From Oculina patagonica (Eukaryota): 64,000 nt of DNA. The notes under the pieces were generated by a model that saw only the letters and a list, made by a program, of their open reading frames with translations, did not search any database and was not told the DNA's origin. The stretch is from NCBI RefSeq assembly GCF_052425735.1, contig NC_135770.1, forward strand, positions 17,112,001 through 17,176,000, written 5' to 3'. This document shows, piece after piece, positions 37,262 to 50,334 of this stretch (position 1 is its first letter; the number at the start of each line of letters is the position of its first letter). The position numbers were made by a program, and so were the translations under genes.

Positions 37262-39454
37262 CTACAGTCAACGTCAATGATCACTGAATTCCTTGACCCT
37301 GGCGGCAATTTTATATACACTTAACAGTCTAAAACGACAAAACAAGAAAGACAACCAGAGAAAGCGGGACATGAAAAAAGTGCAAAAACGTGTACAGTGT
37401 ATCAGAAAGGAAAAATTTCAATTTCAGCAGGGCAAGAAACAAGTTAAAACTCTTTAAAGTTATTATAACTGCAGCGACCAAAAAAATGACAAAGGACGCC
37501 TTGTTCTTTAAGATAAGCATACTATTTAAAATGCAAATTACCTTTCGTTTTCTTCGAGGCAAAACCCCGAAGGCTTCAATTGTAATTTTAATGCTTTTTA
37601 ATCCGTGATAATAATGTTACATGGTTACTTGCCTAATGTACATATTCATTTATTTATTTGACATATTTTAGGCATTGGGGTTCTCGGAATTCTTGCTCTA
37701 AGTTAAACCAAAAAAATCCGGAATTTAAGAATAGTTGAATCTACGATATTGCAATAAAGAATTGTAAATTAAAGATTGACTAAACAAAACTTTAGTGATG
37801 ATTTAATGATGTATTTGTATAAAATGGCTTCGTCAGGTGCTTCGTCATTGCTCCAATAATTATCGCTCGATCCGTCAACTGGGAAACTCTCCAAGCAGAA
37901 ATCTGCTTATGGCAGCAAAATACTGTGTTGGTCAGATTTTACATCTTTTCACTGTAATCTTGGCACTGTTATTATGGATATTTACATTTCGAATCATGGA
38001 CCTTATTTTAAAGGCGGTACAGTATTTCTAAGTTTTTCCCATTATTTATTTATCCATATTGCAAAATTACCGTTACGTAAGTCTGATTTTATTGTATCAA
38101 AATAAAAAAATGTGAACAGACACTTGTTCATTCCTGCAAAACGTAGGAACAAAGGCATCGGCCCTGAAATACCTGTAACGTATACGTTTCATCACAAAAG
38201 GGGGTCAAAAATACTGAAACTTATGATAAAGAGGCTTAGAATACAGATCATTCGTACGAAGCTGTTGAGAGGTAGTTGGGGATCACTTGATGATAAGATG
38301 AGTGAAAGGGGAGACTCATTTATTTCACCTTATAGGATGATCGATGATGAAATTCATGCCGGAGATTTATGCCGGCCGAAATGCCTTTTTAATGTTTAAA
38401 ATGTGCAATCAGTGCCGGTAAATGGAAAAATTTCAAAATAGGCGGCCTTTTTAAGACACATTTCCAGATATTTTTGAAGACCAAATATACCTAGGGGAAC
38501 ATGCCCCCAGACTCGCCAAAATAGCTTGTGAACTCTTAAAATTTTGCTCCCCTCCTCTCAGTGGTCGCGTTGTATACTCTACTTTAGGTTATTTCCAGTT
38601 CGTGTGCGCTATTTTCGAGAACGACGCATTAATATAAGCTGCGGTTGTTCGCTTACAAACCTAACCACCCTAATCACTAGCTGGATATTGAGTTTACACG
38701 GTGTATCTGTAATTCTCAGAACAATTTTAGCTTACATTCAGGGGGATATTTACTTTTTAAATGACAAAATATACAAGAATGCAAAACCGACAGAATTGAG
38801 AGTGAACTCAAGTAAAAAAGAAACTTTAATAGCTTTCAGTTGTAGCGTTTTCATAACCGAGTAAATGCAAAAGTAGTTTTAGGAAAATTACAGTATTTAT
38901 TATGCAGCCCCTATGTAAAGACGTTTACAAAACATGGACCCAAATCCGTGGACCACCCCGGCCCTGACAAGCTGTGGACCAGGTCCATGGACTACCTCGT
39001 GGACCAAGGACCTGGCCCATGGACCGCCTCATGGACCCGGTCCATGAATCACCCCTGTAGTCTTTGGGGAACCAATAGATGGTTTTTGTATTATCGTTTG
39101 ACAACTGGCTAAAAAAAGTTTAACAAAAATAAACATTACAACGAACGTTGGAAAAAGACGTTTCCATCAAAAAACCTTCATCTTTATATCAGTTGATGAT
39201 TTAATGTCACGGTAATTCTAAAATATATGAGGAGCAGCAAATCATGTGTCCTAGTATATATTTCTTCTTGTTCCTTTTTCTAGCATAAGTTTATAAGCTA
39301 AAATGAGGTTTTTATTCGTCTGTTGTTTGTATTGGCTGCCATTTGAGGTGACTTATTTTTGTTCGGTGTCAGCGCTGTTGCCATGGAAATTGCCTCCAGG
39401 AGCTAGGACTTCACAAGTGGAGTGGGGTTACTCCATCGGCCTCCTGTTCCTTAC

Positions 39455-40447
39455 TTAGTCGTCCGGCTCCGGTGTTACCGGCCTAACAATGTTTGGAGAT
39501 CCAAACAGTCTTCTTTCGACTTCTTCAGCTTCATGAAAATCTTTTGTTAATAACAACTCAATAAAAGCGATTCTGAACGGTTTCTTCCGTATTGTGTAAA
39601 TGACTGGATTAAGAAGCGAGTTGAGAATCATTGGCAAGACTGCAATAAGACATAACGTTTCCTGCATATCGCCAAAAATTTGTCGCCTAAAAGTTATAGC
39701 GAAGAATGATGGAAAATAACACAAACCGATTGTCAATGTCATCAGAGTCGTTAATTTTAAGGCTTTCTTCTCTTTTTCAAATTTCGCTCTAACCTTCAAA
39801 GAAACTTGTCGAGAAAGAATCTGTTTTTCGTGTCGACGGGCCTCTCTATAAACTAGAACTTGAGACGAGATGATTGAAGAAACAATTAATCCTTGGAGAA
39901 TAATTGAGATGGCCGGTACTCGCGTTAAGACGAGTCGTAATGGTATAACTGTCCAGCCCAGAATCGAAGCAGCCACTAGGCGACGTTTAGTGATGAAGGT
40001 GCTATGAATAAAAGGGTATTTAATGGCCAAATATCGCTCTCCGCTGATTAAAGCCAGGTGAAACAGCGATGTAAAGCCAAAACTGAGAAAACAGATGAGA
40101 AATGCTGATGTTATTTCACAAAATTCATTAGAACGTTTGCCTTGAAGAAGCAAAATAGCCACGGTTACGTGCAGCGGTTGTACAACAAGACCCACCATCA
40201 GATCAGTAAGCGCCAAACTTGCCAACAAAATGTTAAGATGTGTTTGTAGTCGTCGTTTGGTTTTCACGGCCACCATTACCAACGCATTCAAGAAAACGGT
40301 AATAGTACAAGAAAGCAATTCAATGACAGCTACTACGATAAGCAAACCGTAAAACTTTGTAGGAAAATATTGTGAATGAGAGTCTGACATAAATAAGACT
40401 TTACAACTGTTTTTAGACCCGTTGGATGAAGACGAAGTCGACTCCAT
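39455..40447 (-). CDS. Intronless rhodopsin-class GPCR, family A (330 aa)
   Basis: LN(TM1), LALTD(TM2), SGERY(TM3), CYFP(TM6), LNPVIY(TM7). Confidence 0.92.
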   Translation of the reverse strand: MESTSSSSNGSKNSCKVLFMSDSHSQYFPTKFYGLLIVVAVIELLSCTITVFLNALVMVAVKTKRRLQTHLNILLASLALTDLMVGLVVQPLHVTVAILLLQGKRSNEFCEITSAFLICFLSFGFTSLFHLALISGERYLAIKYPFIHSTFITKRRLVAASILGWTVIPLRLVLTRVPAISIILQGLIVSSIISSQVLVYREARRHEKQILSRQVSLKVRAKFEKEKKALKLTTLMTLTIGLCYFPSFFAITFRRQIFGDMQETLCLIAVLPMILNSLLNPVIYTIRKKPFRIAFIELLLTKDFHEAEEVERRLFGSPNIVRPVTPEPDD

Positions 40448-41611
40448 ATTTAAACTGTTAGATACGTGCTCAACTGTCTTTTCGCCGCACTTTTTACCTG
40501 CAATTTAAATTGCAGAGGCTTTTAATTGCCGTTTATTTCAACGTAAAACAATGCCTTTTTTAAAGAACTTCAAAGCGGCAAAACTTCGATAAAGTGAAAA
40601 TAATATAAATGTAAAGTTGTCGGAAAACGTACGTAAAGGAAAATCATTCTATGTCTTTCTACAACGGCGAAATAAGGCAAATTCATATCTGAACAGGGAG
40701 GATTAAATTCAGGATTAGCGTCAGGCTCCAATTCATTTTAATTCGCATTTCATTTTAGTTTATGTTTTTAATCAACGTTGATTGTAAAATTCAAATAACC
40801 AACCATATTCTAACTCGAGGTTTTTGCCTTCCCCGGCTTGCTACGTTCATCAGCGTCAGAATTTACTAAATATTCGCTTTCTTAAATGTAGATTCAGAGT
40901 TGTTGCTAAGGGATTACTGAAGACCGTGTGTTGTGGCAAGCAATTTTGGAGTGTTTTGTAATGCGGCTAAATATTGAATTTTATTAGGGGGAGCACCTGG
41001 TTTGAAAAATATATCATTGTACGTGAGTATTATAAATTAGTGCCAGTCCTAAACAGTGCGTTAAAATTAAAAAACCCAACACCATGATGTAAAGCGTTAG
41101 AGTTCCGATCTTTTATTACGAAACAGAAATAACAGAGCCTTCTTTATAATCTGACTTATATAGCAATAACACACAAAAAACCGTTAACACACAAAAAAGA
41201 AACGTTACTGAAGAAACTCTGTAAATACGAGTGTTAATTACATTACAACTTTTATTAAAATGCGAATTTCAAAAAAAAAAATGAAACGTCAAATTAAGGT
41301 TGTGGACGTTCTTAATCTAAGGCACTCCTTTTAATGTCCAAATCTTAATGCCGTTAGAGTTTTAGTTTTTTTTTCATCTTTTTGTTCTGATCGCGTGTCA
41401 ATATGGCCGTGATTTGAAAATCTTAAAGGACTCTTTATGTAACAAACATGTACAAAAAGCTTATCTGTGAAAGGTCTGCCGGGTTTTAAAAATATGATGG
41501 TTAGAAACCTATCTTTGCAACGATTGACCCCCCTGAACTGTTTGCTGTAAATTTCTAAAATATTCACCGTTAGCGTTATAACGTTAACAACTCAGTACTG
41601 CACTATTAACA

Positions 41612-41953
41612 GAGGGTCTCAATGGGGTTAACCGTTAGCCGTAAAAGGGCCAAAAATTTAGCCGTTAGGCGTAAAAATTGGAAAATTTTAACCGTTAGCC
41701 GTAAAATATGTTAACCGTAAAACATCGGTCAGTAGTTATGAATAAACCAAACTAGTTCACTTTATCGTCCCAGAATGGTCCTAAGTCCTAAAATATGTTT
41801 TTCAATAATGGAAATTAATTTTTAACTTTTAAAAACAATGGAAATTAATTTTTAACTTCTGTTAACCGTAATGGAAATAAATTAACCGTTAGCCGTAAAA
41901 AAGCCAAAATTTTAACCGTTAACCGTAAAAGCCACCACCCCATTGAGACCCTC
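41612..41953. mobile_element. MITE, GAGGGTCTCAATGGGG TIR, 6-bp TSD TTAACA
   Basis: Perfect 16-bp TIR; internal ACCGTTAGCCGTAAAA repeats; empty site in the duplicated block at ~52425-52440. Confidence 0.85.
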
Positions 41954-42413
41954 TTAACAGAACTCTCATAAGAAGTTCTCAAATCAGTTTCTATCATCAA
42001 ACACGAAGCAAGTACTACAGACCGCTGGAAGAACGACTTTCAAAAAGATTAACTTAAAGAAAAGAGCTAATAAATTATTCTCCTCAGCAACACTTTCGAA
42101 CCCGCTTGAAAAGTAAAACTCATAGTGCGAGATGTTATAGATGTTAAAATACAACCTTAAATGTATCATTCTCGAGGTATTCTTTACACAATGAATTAAA
42201 AAACGATGGCATTTTGTTAAAAAAAAAAAACAGTTTTTGTGCCTTGTTTTTGTAAGTCTTGTCCTGCTCGTCCCAGTGAAACTCAACTAACAATTATAAT
42301 CCGATGACAATTTCATTTATTCTGTCAAATATAATCCGATGATGAATCTTTCTGAGCTACCTTCTGTTTTAGCCTTCCTTTGTAAAGGAATACTCTACAA
42401 CAAATTATCTCGA

Positions 42414-43355
42414 TTAACAGCAAAGTGCGTCTCTGATCGTCTGCTTTACTGCGTGTTTGACTTCGCTGATCTTCCAGCAATAAAGAAGCGGGTTTAACGA
42501 TGAGTTTAGGTATACCAGAGTCACTGCAAACTCCAAGACAATAGGACCAATAAGATTGGATGAAGATAGTACACGTCTTCGGACAAGAGCTGCCATAATA
42601 CCATAGACACAATACGGTAGATAACAAAAAACTAATGTCAACTGCAACCATATTGCAGTGAACACTGCGTTTCTGTATCGCGCTATGTTCAGTGGAATGG
42701 CTTGGCTCGGTTGTTCCCGTTGAACTTGAGTTTGATGGTGACGGAGTGTTAAGAAAATCTTTGTGTAGCAAATGATTGAGGTTAACAGACATGATACTAT
42801 CATCATATTGCCATACCAATATGCAATAAGGTGATTAATAAGGTACAATGTCGCAGCGACAGTGGACACAACCCAAAAGCTAACTACGACCACGTAGGTT
42901 CTCTTCAAAGTTACAACTTGTCTATATCTCAGCCCCAAAACTAAGGCGAGAAGTCTGTCCACGCTTATAGCAGTAAGCGTCATCAAAGAAACTGAAGCTA
43001 AGGTATATCCCGCGATGAAGTAAGAGGCAAATGAATATCGGCAAAGATTCCAGTCTTCGTTAACTATAGATATCCAACGGATAACGCCGAGAGGCTCAGA
43101 AATTAGACCAACGCAGAGGTCAGTTGTTGTCAGACAACGAAGCAAAAGTTTGGACGGCGGATGAAGGGAAGACTCCTTGCGAAGGGCAACTAGGATTAGA
43201 GTATTTCCAAGAAATGCAGTTATGGATAGAAAAATGTTGAGTGCTGATAGATATATCAAGTGTACGTGCATTCCCTCTGTCAAAACGACCGAACATCGAA
43301 GTTCCTTAAATGTTTCAGTATTGCTGTCTTCTCCAGTAAAGTTTGTTGTCGCCAT
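42414..43355 (-). CDS. Intronless rhodopsin-class GPCR, family B (313 aa)
   Basis: GN(TM1), LTTTD, SVDRL, CYLP, LNPLLY; ALRKESSLHPPSKLL signature. Confidence 0.93.
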   Translation of the reverse strand: MATTNFTGEDSNTETFKELRCSVVLTEGMHVHLIYLSALNIFLSITAFLGNTLILVALRKESSLHPPSKLLLRCLTTTDLCVGLISEPLGVIRWISIVNEDWNLCRYSFASYFIAGYTLASVSLMTLTAISVDRLLALVLGLRYRQVVTLKRTYVVVVSFWVVSTVAATLYLINHLIAYWYGNMMIVSCLLTSIICYTKIFLTLRHHQTQVQREQPSQAIPLNIARYRNAVFTAIWLQLTLVFCYLPYCVYGIMAALVRRRVLSSSNLIGPIVLEFAVTLVYLNSSLNPLLYCWKISEVKHAVKQTIRDALCC

Positions 43356-44633
43356 TGTTCTGCAATGAGGTGATCTGTAGCTTTACCGTTAAAACTTGTA
43401 CTCAAGTGAAAAGTGTTTTCTGAATAAACAACATACTAACTGGAAAACGGAGTTCGATTTTCGTTTTCTGTGTGTCGTCACTTTCGAAAACAAAAGCGAG
43501 AGTTTCGACTTCCGTTTGCTAATTCAAAATAAACATTGCATTTACAGTACAATCAGGGGAGGGGGGGGGGGATGTCTCTAAGGAAAATGTTGGTTTAATC
43601 ATCGCTACCAGTATGACGTCACGCTTCGCATGAGTGCTATTCAAGATGGCTGGCAAAGTGTCATTTGAGAAACGAGTTTAGAATGTGGCATTTCCCTCCG
43701 TTACCTTCGTTCATTTACTAACTTGATGATACAGAGATGTTTGTGAATATCACCGTCTCTCTTCTGGTATTTTTGTGGTAGATCAGACATTAGATTCTTT
43801 TTTTTAAATCAACTGAAACACGCTCTCAAAGGGTAGAATGTTCAAGAAACTTCCGACTTCTCGAACCAATTTTATTTTCCCTTGGATAGTACTTCTCTGT
43901 TATTTTACTCCCGATTTTTTCGAAGCAACGTTCGTTTCCACTGTAGGTTCGAGAAATCAGGGGTAAAATTACAGAGAAGTATTATCCAAGGAAATTGAAA
44001 ATTGGTTCAAGAAAACGAGAGTTTCGAGAAACCGTGGGTTCGAGAAATCGAGATTCTACTGTACTTTAAACTAATCTTAATAACGAAATCATTATTCCAT
44101 AACTCTCAAATGTGATTTTGGCGCAAGATACTTCACCATTTTGACGAGCCAATCAATGTTTTCCCCCTGCCAGACAGCATGGTTAGTTTGCTTTATAAAA
44201 AAACAAAACAAAAACCATCATAGCGGTGATCATGAATATGAAAAATATAGACGGCAAACTGATCCTGACGGCGTAAGCGAAAATAAACAAAATGGATAAA
44301 ACTATTAAAATATAATGAAAAAACTTTGCCCTATATTTCGGTTTGCAATACCAACCTTCCTTAGGGGTTGGGCGGAAAAATGTGAGAAAAGTAAAAGGAT
44401 CGTTACAAACAAAATGTTTTGAAAAAGTACTTAACAATGATTGGTTATAAGAACTAATTAACAAGTGCAATTGACGTGCTTCGTCACGTCTGTTTACGCC
44501 AAGGGGATGTAATGTTTTGGCTTTGTTAACTGTGGTTTACGTGGAAAGTTTGTCCATCACAATATGGAGTCCATCTTGGATATGATGACGTAAACTACGC
44601 ATGCGTACCCATTCCAGTCTTTCAAGAGACTTA

Positions 44634-45057
44634 CCGTATTTATTCGATTAAACGCCTTCCTCGAATTACCGCCGCCCTCGAATAAACACCGCACATCAGG
44701 GTAGAAATATGAATAAACGCCGCCCTCGAATAAATGCCGCATCATGATGCGGTTATTGCAATAATAGAGTCAAAAAGCAAATGCAGTAGTGATCAAGTTT
44801 AAGCAAGCCTCAAGAAAAACATTTTACTTGATTGTAACAATGTTTTAAGATATTGAAAATGCCTTTTCAGACAAGAACAAAAACATTTTTTTCTGTTTTT
44901 AAAATTCAAATGTTCAGTTACCATACTATTGTTAGCAAGAAATAAATTGAATTCTTAATAAACGCAGCCCTCGTATAAACGCCGCCCTTGAAGAAACGCC
45001 GCACTCGAATCACGAAAAATTTAATAAACGCCACGGCGTTTAATCGAATAAATATGG
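44634..45057. mobile_element. Tc1/mariner(pogo)-type MITE (TA TSD)
   Basis: TA|CCGTATTTATTCGATTAAACGCC ... GGCGTTTAATCGAATAAATATGG|TA; internal TAAACGCCGC repeats; empty site at ~54885-54900. Confidence 0.85.
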
Positions 45058-45379
45058 TATTTCATATCGAAACGAGTGGCCGTTTATCGTTTATATGATA
45101 CTGGATCGAGTTTCCATTAATGAACGTTAATGAACTCGCACCGTTGTGGTGTGAACCAGTGAACCAAAAAGTAGTGTTCGATTTACACTCCAACTGAAAT
45201 TTCCGTAAATATTTAATAAATGGTAAACAACCATGGTTTCCCATTTTTTGTTTTCAGTGACAGGTACAAAAGAACGTCTTATCGTTTCGGCTTAATTCTA
45301 TGTAACTATGTGTTAAAGTAAACTAAAGAAATTGTAAATTCCGCGACGAGACATGTCGTTGAGAGAAAGGTTACTTTTA

Positions 45380-45725
45380 CGTGCTGAATGGAGCACTAGT
45401 ATGGAAGTCTCACTGCAAGCAACTAATGTCAACTGTACCCCCAATGCACTGGACACTGCCTTTCTGTATCATGCTATATATGTTCAGCGGTTGCTGTTCT
45501 TGTTGAACATGGTCTTGTACTTGAGTCTAATAATGATGAAGTGTGGTAAACATTTACTGTAGAAGACGATTAACGTTACTAGGCATAATGGTATAACTAG
45601 ATAGCCATATCTAATCTTTATGAGGTGATTTATAAGATACGACGTGGCAGCGACAATCGTCATTAGCCAAAAGGTAAAACACATATGATCGCTTCAAAGT
45701 TACAACTTGTTTGTATCTTAGCTCA
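45380..45725 (-). pseudogene. Degenerate family-B GPCR fragment (TM4-TM6)
   Basis: AGATACAAACAAGTTGTAACTTTGAAGCGA and YLINHLIKIRYG..CLVTLIVFYSK, CAGTTGACATTAGTTGC match neighbouring genes; frameshifted. Confidence 0.8.
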
Positions 45726-47017
45726 AGCGACCACCCGATCTACTTAGGGAGGAGGGAGAAATGGCCAAAAAAATAAGAGAGGAGGGAGAAATTTTGGCAA
45801 AAAATAGTGAGGATGGAAAAATTTTGGCTTAACAAAATAGGGAAGAGGGAGAAATTGGCACATATTGGCCGGCAGACTTTATCGAGGAAGCCATATGTAA
45901 ACATATTATCATACGTCTAGATAAACACGCTTTTAACAGATTTATTATTTGTCAGTTGCCAACTTTAATCCCAGTGGAAAAAATATTGATATTAAGAGAA
46001 ATGTAAAGAAACTTCCTCGTGATGATTTTAAATGTTTGGTAGAAAATTGAGCATCTTGAGTCTATATCTTGAAGCACTTAATTTCTGACTTATTTCCTAG
46101 GTAAATACGTCCATTTCTTGACCATTTCCTTGGTAAAAGAGACCATGTGAACCTAGTTGTGAATGTGCAATAAGCATTTCTCGTCAAAAGTTGAAAAACA
46201 GATAGCGCGTTGACGTGTGATATCAAGAATGTTTATATTTAAGGCTCTAAATCTAACACAAACACAGACACACAATCTGACGACAAAGAACGACAAGCCG
46301 GGACCAATCCAACAAGACAGAACCTAGATTTTCACCGCCAATAAAAAGTTAGCGTCAAAGTATTTTAATCTTGAACATAATCCTTATAAGCAAAGGTTTA
46401 GTGATACATAAGCGAGTTAAAAAAAGTCCGAATTTTGGCTTATGCGCATGCGCCAAAGTAAAATATTGTACATTTTTACATGGAATTTTCATCAAAATTT
46501 ACTGATGTTTCAGAAAGTGCATTTCTAGCAAAGTTTAGAGAAATTTAGGACCGTAGAGTCAAGAAAACCAATTAACGGTTAAAAAAACGTGTTTTTGGAG
46601 TAATTTCAGCATATTAAGGGTTAATATATTCAGTGCAATTGTTACTGAAAATTGACATTCTTTTTAGGTTTCCAACCGCACAAATATATATTTTGGTTGT
46701 TTTAAAATTCTTTTAAAATCCGTGACAAAGCCCCATTGAACAAAAGAGCTAAGTGCTGATCTTTTAATTTCCCGACAATAAAGTAGTATTTCTATCAAGC
46801 TTAAAGATAATTGCCGACAAACTCCTTTAAGCGGCCACTTACCATTTTAATATGGGTTCGACTGAATTTAAATCCCTACTTTTGCCTTTGAAGTTCTTTT
46901 CAAAAAGCTTTGTTTTACTTGTAAAGATTCGAAGGCCAAGTCTCTTTTATTTGAATTACAGGTACAACTTCAGCGAAAAGGCATTTGACTATCGCTGATT
47001 CACTTACTAGAAGAAAT

Positions 47018-48013
47018 ATGGATTCGCTTTTCTCGTCTAACTGGACTAAAAACATTTGCAAAATCTTACCGAAGTCAGATCCACAGCATTTTCCTTCACA
47101 GTTTTACGGTTTTCTCATCGCAGCAGCTGTTATTGAATTGCTTTCTTGTCCTTTTACAGTTTTGTTGAACGCGTTGGTAATGGTGGGCGTGAAAACCAAA
47201 CGACGACTACAAACACATCTTAACATTTTGTTGGCAAGTTTGGCGCTTACTGATCTGATGGTGGGTCTTGTTGTACAACCCCTGCACGTAACCGTGGCCA
47301 TTTTGCTTCTTCAAGGTAAACGGACTGATGAAGTTTGTGAAATAACATCGGCATTTCTCATCTGTTTTCTCAGTTTTGGCGCTACATCGCTGTTGCACCT
47401 GGCTTTAATCAGCGGAGAGCGATATTTGGCCATTAAATACCCTTTTATTCATAGCACATTCGTCACTAAACGTCGCCTGATAGTTGCTTCGATTCTTGGG
47501 TGGCTTGTCATACCATTACGACTCGTTTTAACGTATATACCGGGCGCTGCAATAATTCTCCAAGGAACAATTGTTGCTTCGATCATCTTGCTTCAAGTTT
47601 TAGTTTACAGAGAAGCCCGTCGACATGAAAAGCAGATTCTTGCTCAACAAGTTTCTTTAGAGGCAAGAGCGAGATTTAGAAAGGAAAAGAAAGCCTTAAA
47701 GTTAACGACCATAATAATATTAGCGATCGGCTTGTGTTACTTTCCGCCATTCGTATTTTTATTAACTTTAAGACGGTATATCGGTGGACAGCCGTCCGAT
47801 ATAGAAACTGCAGTTCTTCAGGTAGCCATTTTACCAATAGTTCTCAACTCGCTTCTTAACCCGGTGATTTACACAGTACGAAAGAAACATTTTAGAATCG
47901 CTTTTGTTGAGCTGCTGTTAATGAAAGTTTTTCAAGGAGCTAAAGAATTCGAACGAAGGCTGTTTGGATCGCCAAACGTTGTTGAGCCAGTCACGTTGGA
48001 AACCGGACGATGA
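47018..48013 (+). CDS. Intronless rhodopsin-class GPCR, family A (331 aa from ATG)
   Basis: ATG at 47018 aligns with paralog starts; SGERY, CYFP, LNPVIY. Confidence 0.92.
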   Translation: MDSLFSSNWTKNICKILPKSDPQHFPSQFYGFLIAAAVIELLSCPFTVLLNALVMVGVKTKRRLQTHLNILLASLALTDLMVGLVVQPLHVTVAILLLQGKRTDEVCEITSAFLICFLSFGATSLLHLALISGERYLAIKYPFIHSTFVTKRRLIVASILGWLVIPLRLVLTYIPGAAIILQGTIVASIILLQVLVYREARRHEKQILAQQVSLEARARFRKEKKALKLTTIIILAIGLCYFPPFVFLLTLRRYIGGQPSDIETAVLQVAILPIVLNSLLNPVIYTVRKKHFRIAFVELLLMKVFQGAKEFERRLFGSPNVVEPVTLETGR

Positions 48014-50334
48014 AAACTGGCGATCGAAAACTGGCACCTTTTCATGTCCGTGAAATGTGCTAACGCTCACTCTTGCCCTACTTGCTATTATGGCTATGGC
48101 TTTGTGTTTTAGGGCAACTCTGCATCGACCAAAAATGTGAAAGAGGACGCCTTTTACTTGTAAGAAAAGCATGCTATATATAATGCAAATTACCCCGAAG
48201 GCTTTAATTAAAATTTCAATTCTGTTTAATCCGTGATAATAATGGTACATGCCTAATGTACATATTCGTGTATTTATTTGACATATATATTTTAAGCATT
48301 GGGGGTTTTCCGAATTCTTGCTCTAAGTTAAACCAAAAAATCCGGAATTTTAGAATAGTTGAATCTACGATATTGCAAAAAGAATTGTAAATTAAAGATC
48401 GACTGAACAAAAATTTAAAGACGATTTAATGATGTATTTGCCTAAAATGGCTTAGTCAAAATGCTGTGTCATTGCTCCAATAATTATCGCTCGATCCATC
48501 AACTGGGAAACTCTCCAAGAAGAAATCTGCTTATGGCAGTAAAATACTGTGTTGGCCAGATTTTACATCTGTTACCGGCGCTGTTTTCTTGGCAATGTTA
48601 TCATGGATATTTACATTTCCAATCTTGGAACGTAGTTGAAAGGCGGTATTTTCAAGTTTTACTCATAATTTATTTATCCTCACTGCAAAATTACTGTTGC
48701 CAAAGTCTGATTTTATTCTGTCAAAACTGATCTTTGTAATTTTTATACTACTGTCGACAATTTATTAAGCTGCACAGGCTGGGATCAGTGGTTAAATTCG
48801 ATTCGTCAAAAAAGTGTTTCCTCTCTGATTGCTTGGTCGAAGAAAATATGCCACTTACTCAGCCGGTCTCGTGCGCAAGCTTACACTCGCTGGTTGCCGT
48901 AACTGTGCAATACCTTGCTTTAGCCTAAATTACGACTGACATAGAGGTAAGGATTTGGCTGACAGTTCCAATTATGCATTATAGGCACATCTTAACTGGC
49001 AGGTTTCATTTACAGGTCACGGGTCACAAAGATATATTTCTAATTTAAGTATAGCATTGGCACCCGGAAAATTCTCAGTCAAAGTGAATTACAGTTTGAG
49101 TACAAAAAAATGATGATATGAAAACAATCCGTCTATGAAGTCCATGCATTCAGTTTTTTGTGGAGTCTTAAAAATGTTGCCCCCTTTCAACGCTACACGT
49201 TAAAGAGATGTCCTGGCTGTGACGTTGTGTTCCATGTGTGTTCCATGTAGGTTCCATGTGGTCTTAGCTACCGCAAAAAAGTGGTCAAATCTTTCAATTA
49301 TGGCGTCCGCATAACACGGCAGATAAGTCGGAAGATTGAGGGAACATGTCCATAAAATCATTGGGAACAGGGGGGGGGGGGGGGATAAGGCTGGGAACCC
49401 AGGAACAAAAGCTGGGTTTCTGATATTTTAGGAAACGTGGATCACAAATATCGACAATTGTTTATTGCTAGACGGCAAGTTTGAGAGGTTTCTATCGGCT
49501 GAGCCCTAAACCCACTAACCCTAAGTAACCTTTTGTCATTCACAATTTTGTTCTTACCCAAATTTCAGCCTTGGGTACGTTCTTTGGATGTTTTAATTTT
49601 AAATCTTTATATTCAAATTTCTGATCGTGTGGCCGAATGCAAAGCACTTTTCAACTTTGATGCTTTTAAGTTGGCTCACAGGTATTCGGTGCATCTCCCA
49701 GCCAGTCAGGGAAGAAAACACTCACTATCACAGTGTGCTGAAGAATGAGCAACGTCCAAGAGATCTTCTGCTGTTAGTACAGGTCCTTATGCAAAAAAAA
49801 GTGATTTGTGAAGCTCCAAACTAATAGAACAAGCTGAAAACAAAAGCGGGAAACTGTCCTCGTGAATCACTAGTCCCATTACAGGCAATGGGCGAACTTC
49901 TGAAGACGAATTGGACACCTTCAGAACCAACAGAAGTGTGTTGTTCTTCACCGTAGCATGACAAAGGACCCTTGATGAGTGACACTAGTTCATACTGTTT
50001 ATTTTCCACTAAATTAACCGGATGATTAAATAACACATCAAAGCCATAATAACCACAAGTCTCATCATGTACCGAAGCGTAGGATCCTGATTGTTTCACA
50101 AGGGAAGAGCCATCTGTGGTATCTTTTACTTCAGTGGAAACCGTGTGCTTGCCACCTTTGGACCCAAAATGCTGAACTCTGTGTAACATGATAGGCTTGT
50201 TGACAGTGACAAAAATACGGTCGGCTGTAGAACTAGAATAGCCCCATGAATTACTTTCCAGAGGGAACTTTGCAAATCTGGAGCATCGGTAAACGAGTGC
50301 AGTTCTTGGGGCTTCTACAAATGGCAAAGAAGAT

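Noticed and set aside
38930-39060. Cluster of GGACC/GGTCC motifs
   Set aside because: Looks like the subterminal motif array of a decayed MITE; no ends or TSD definable
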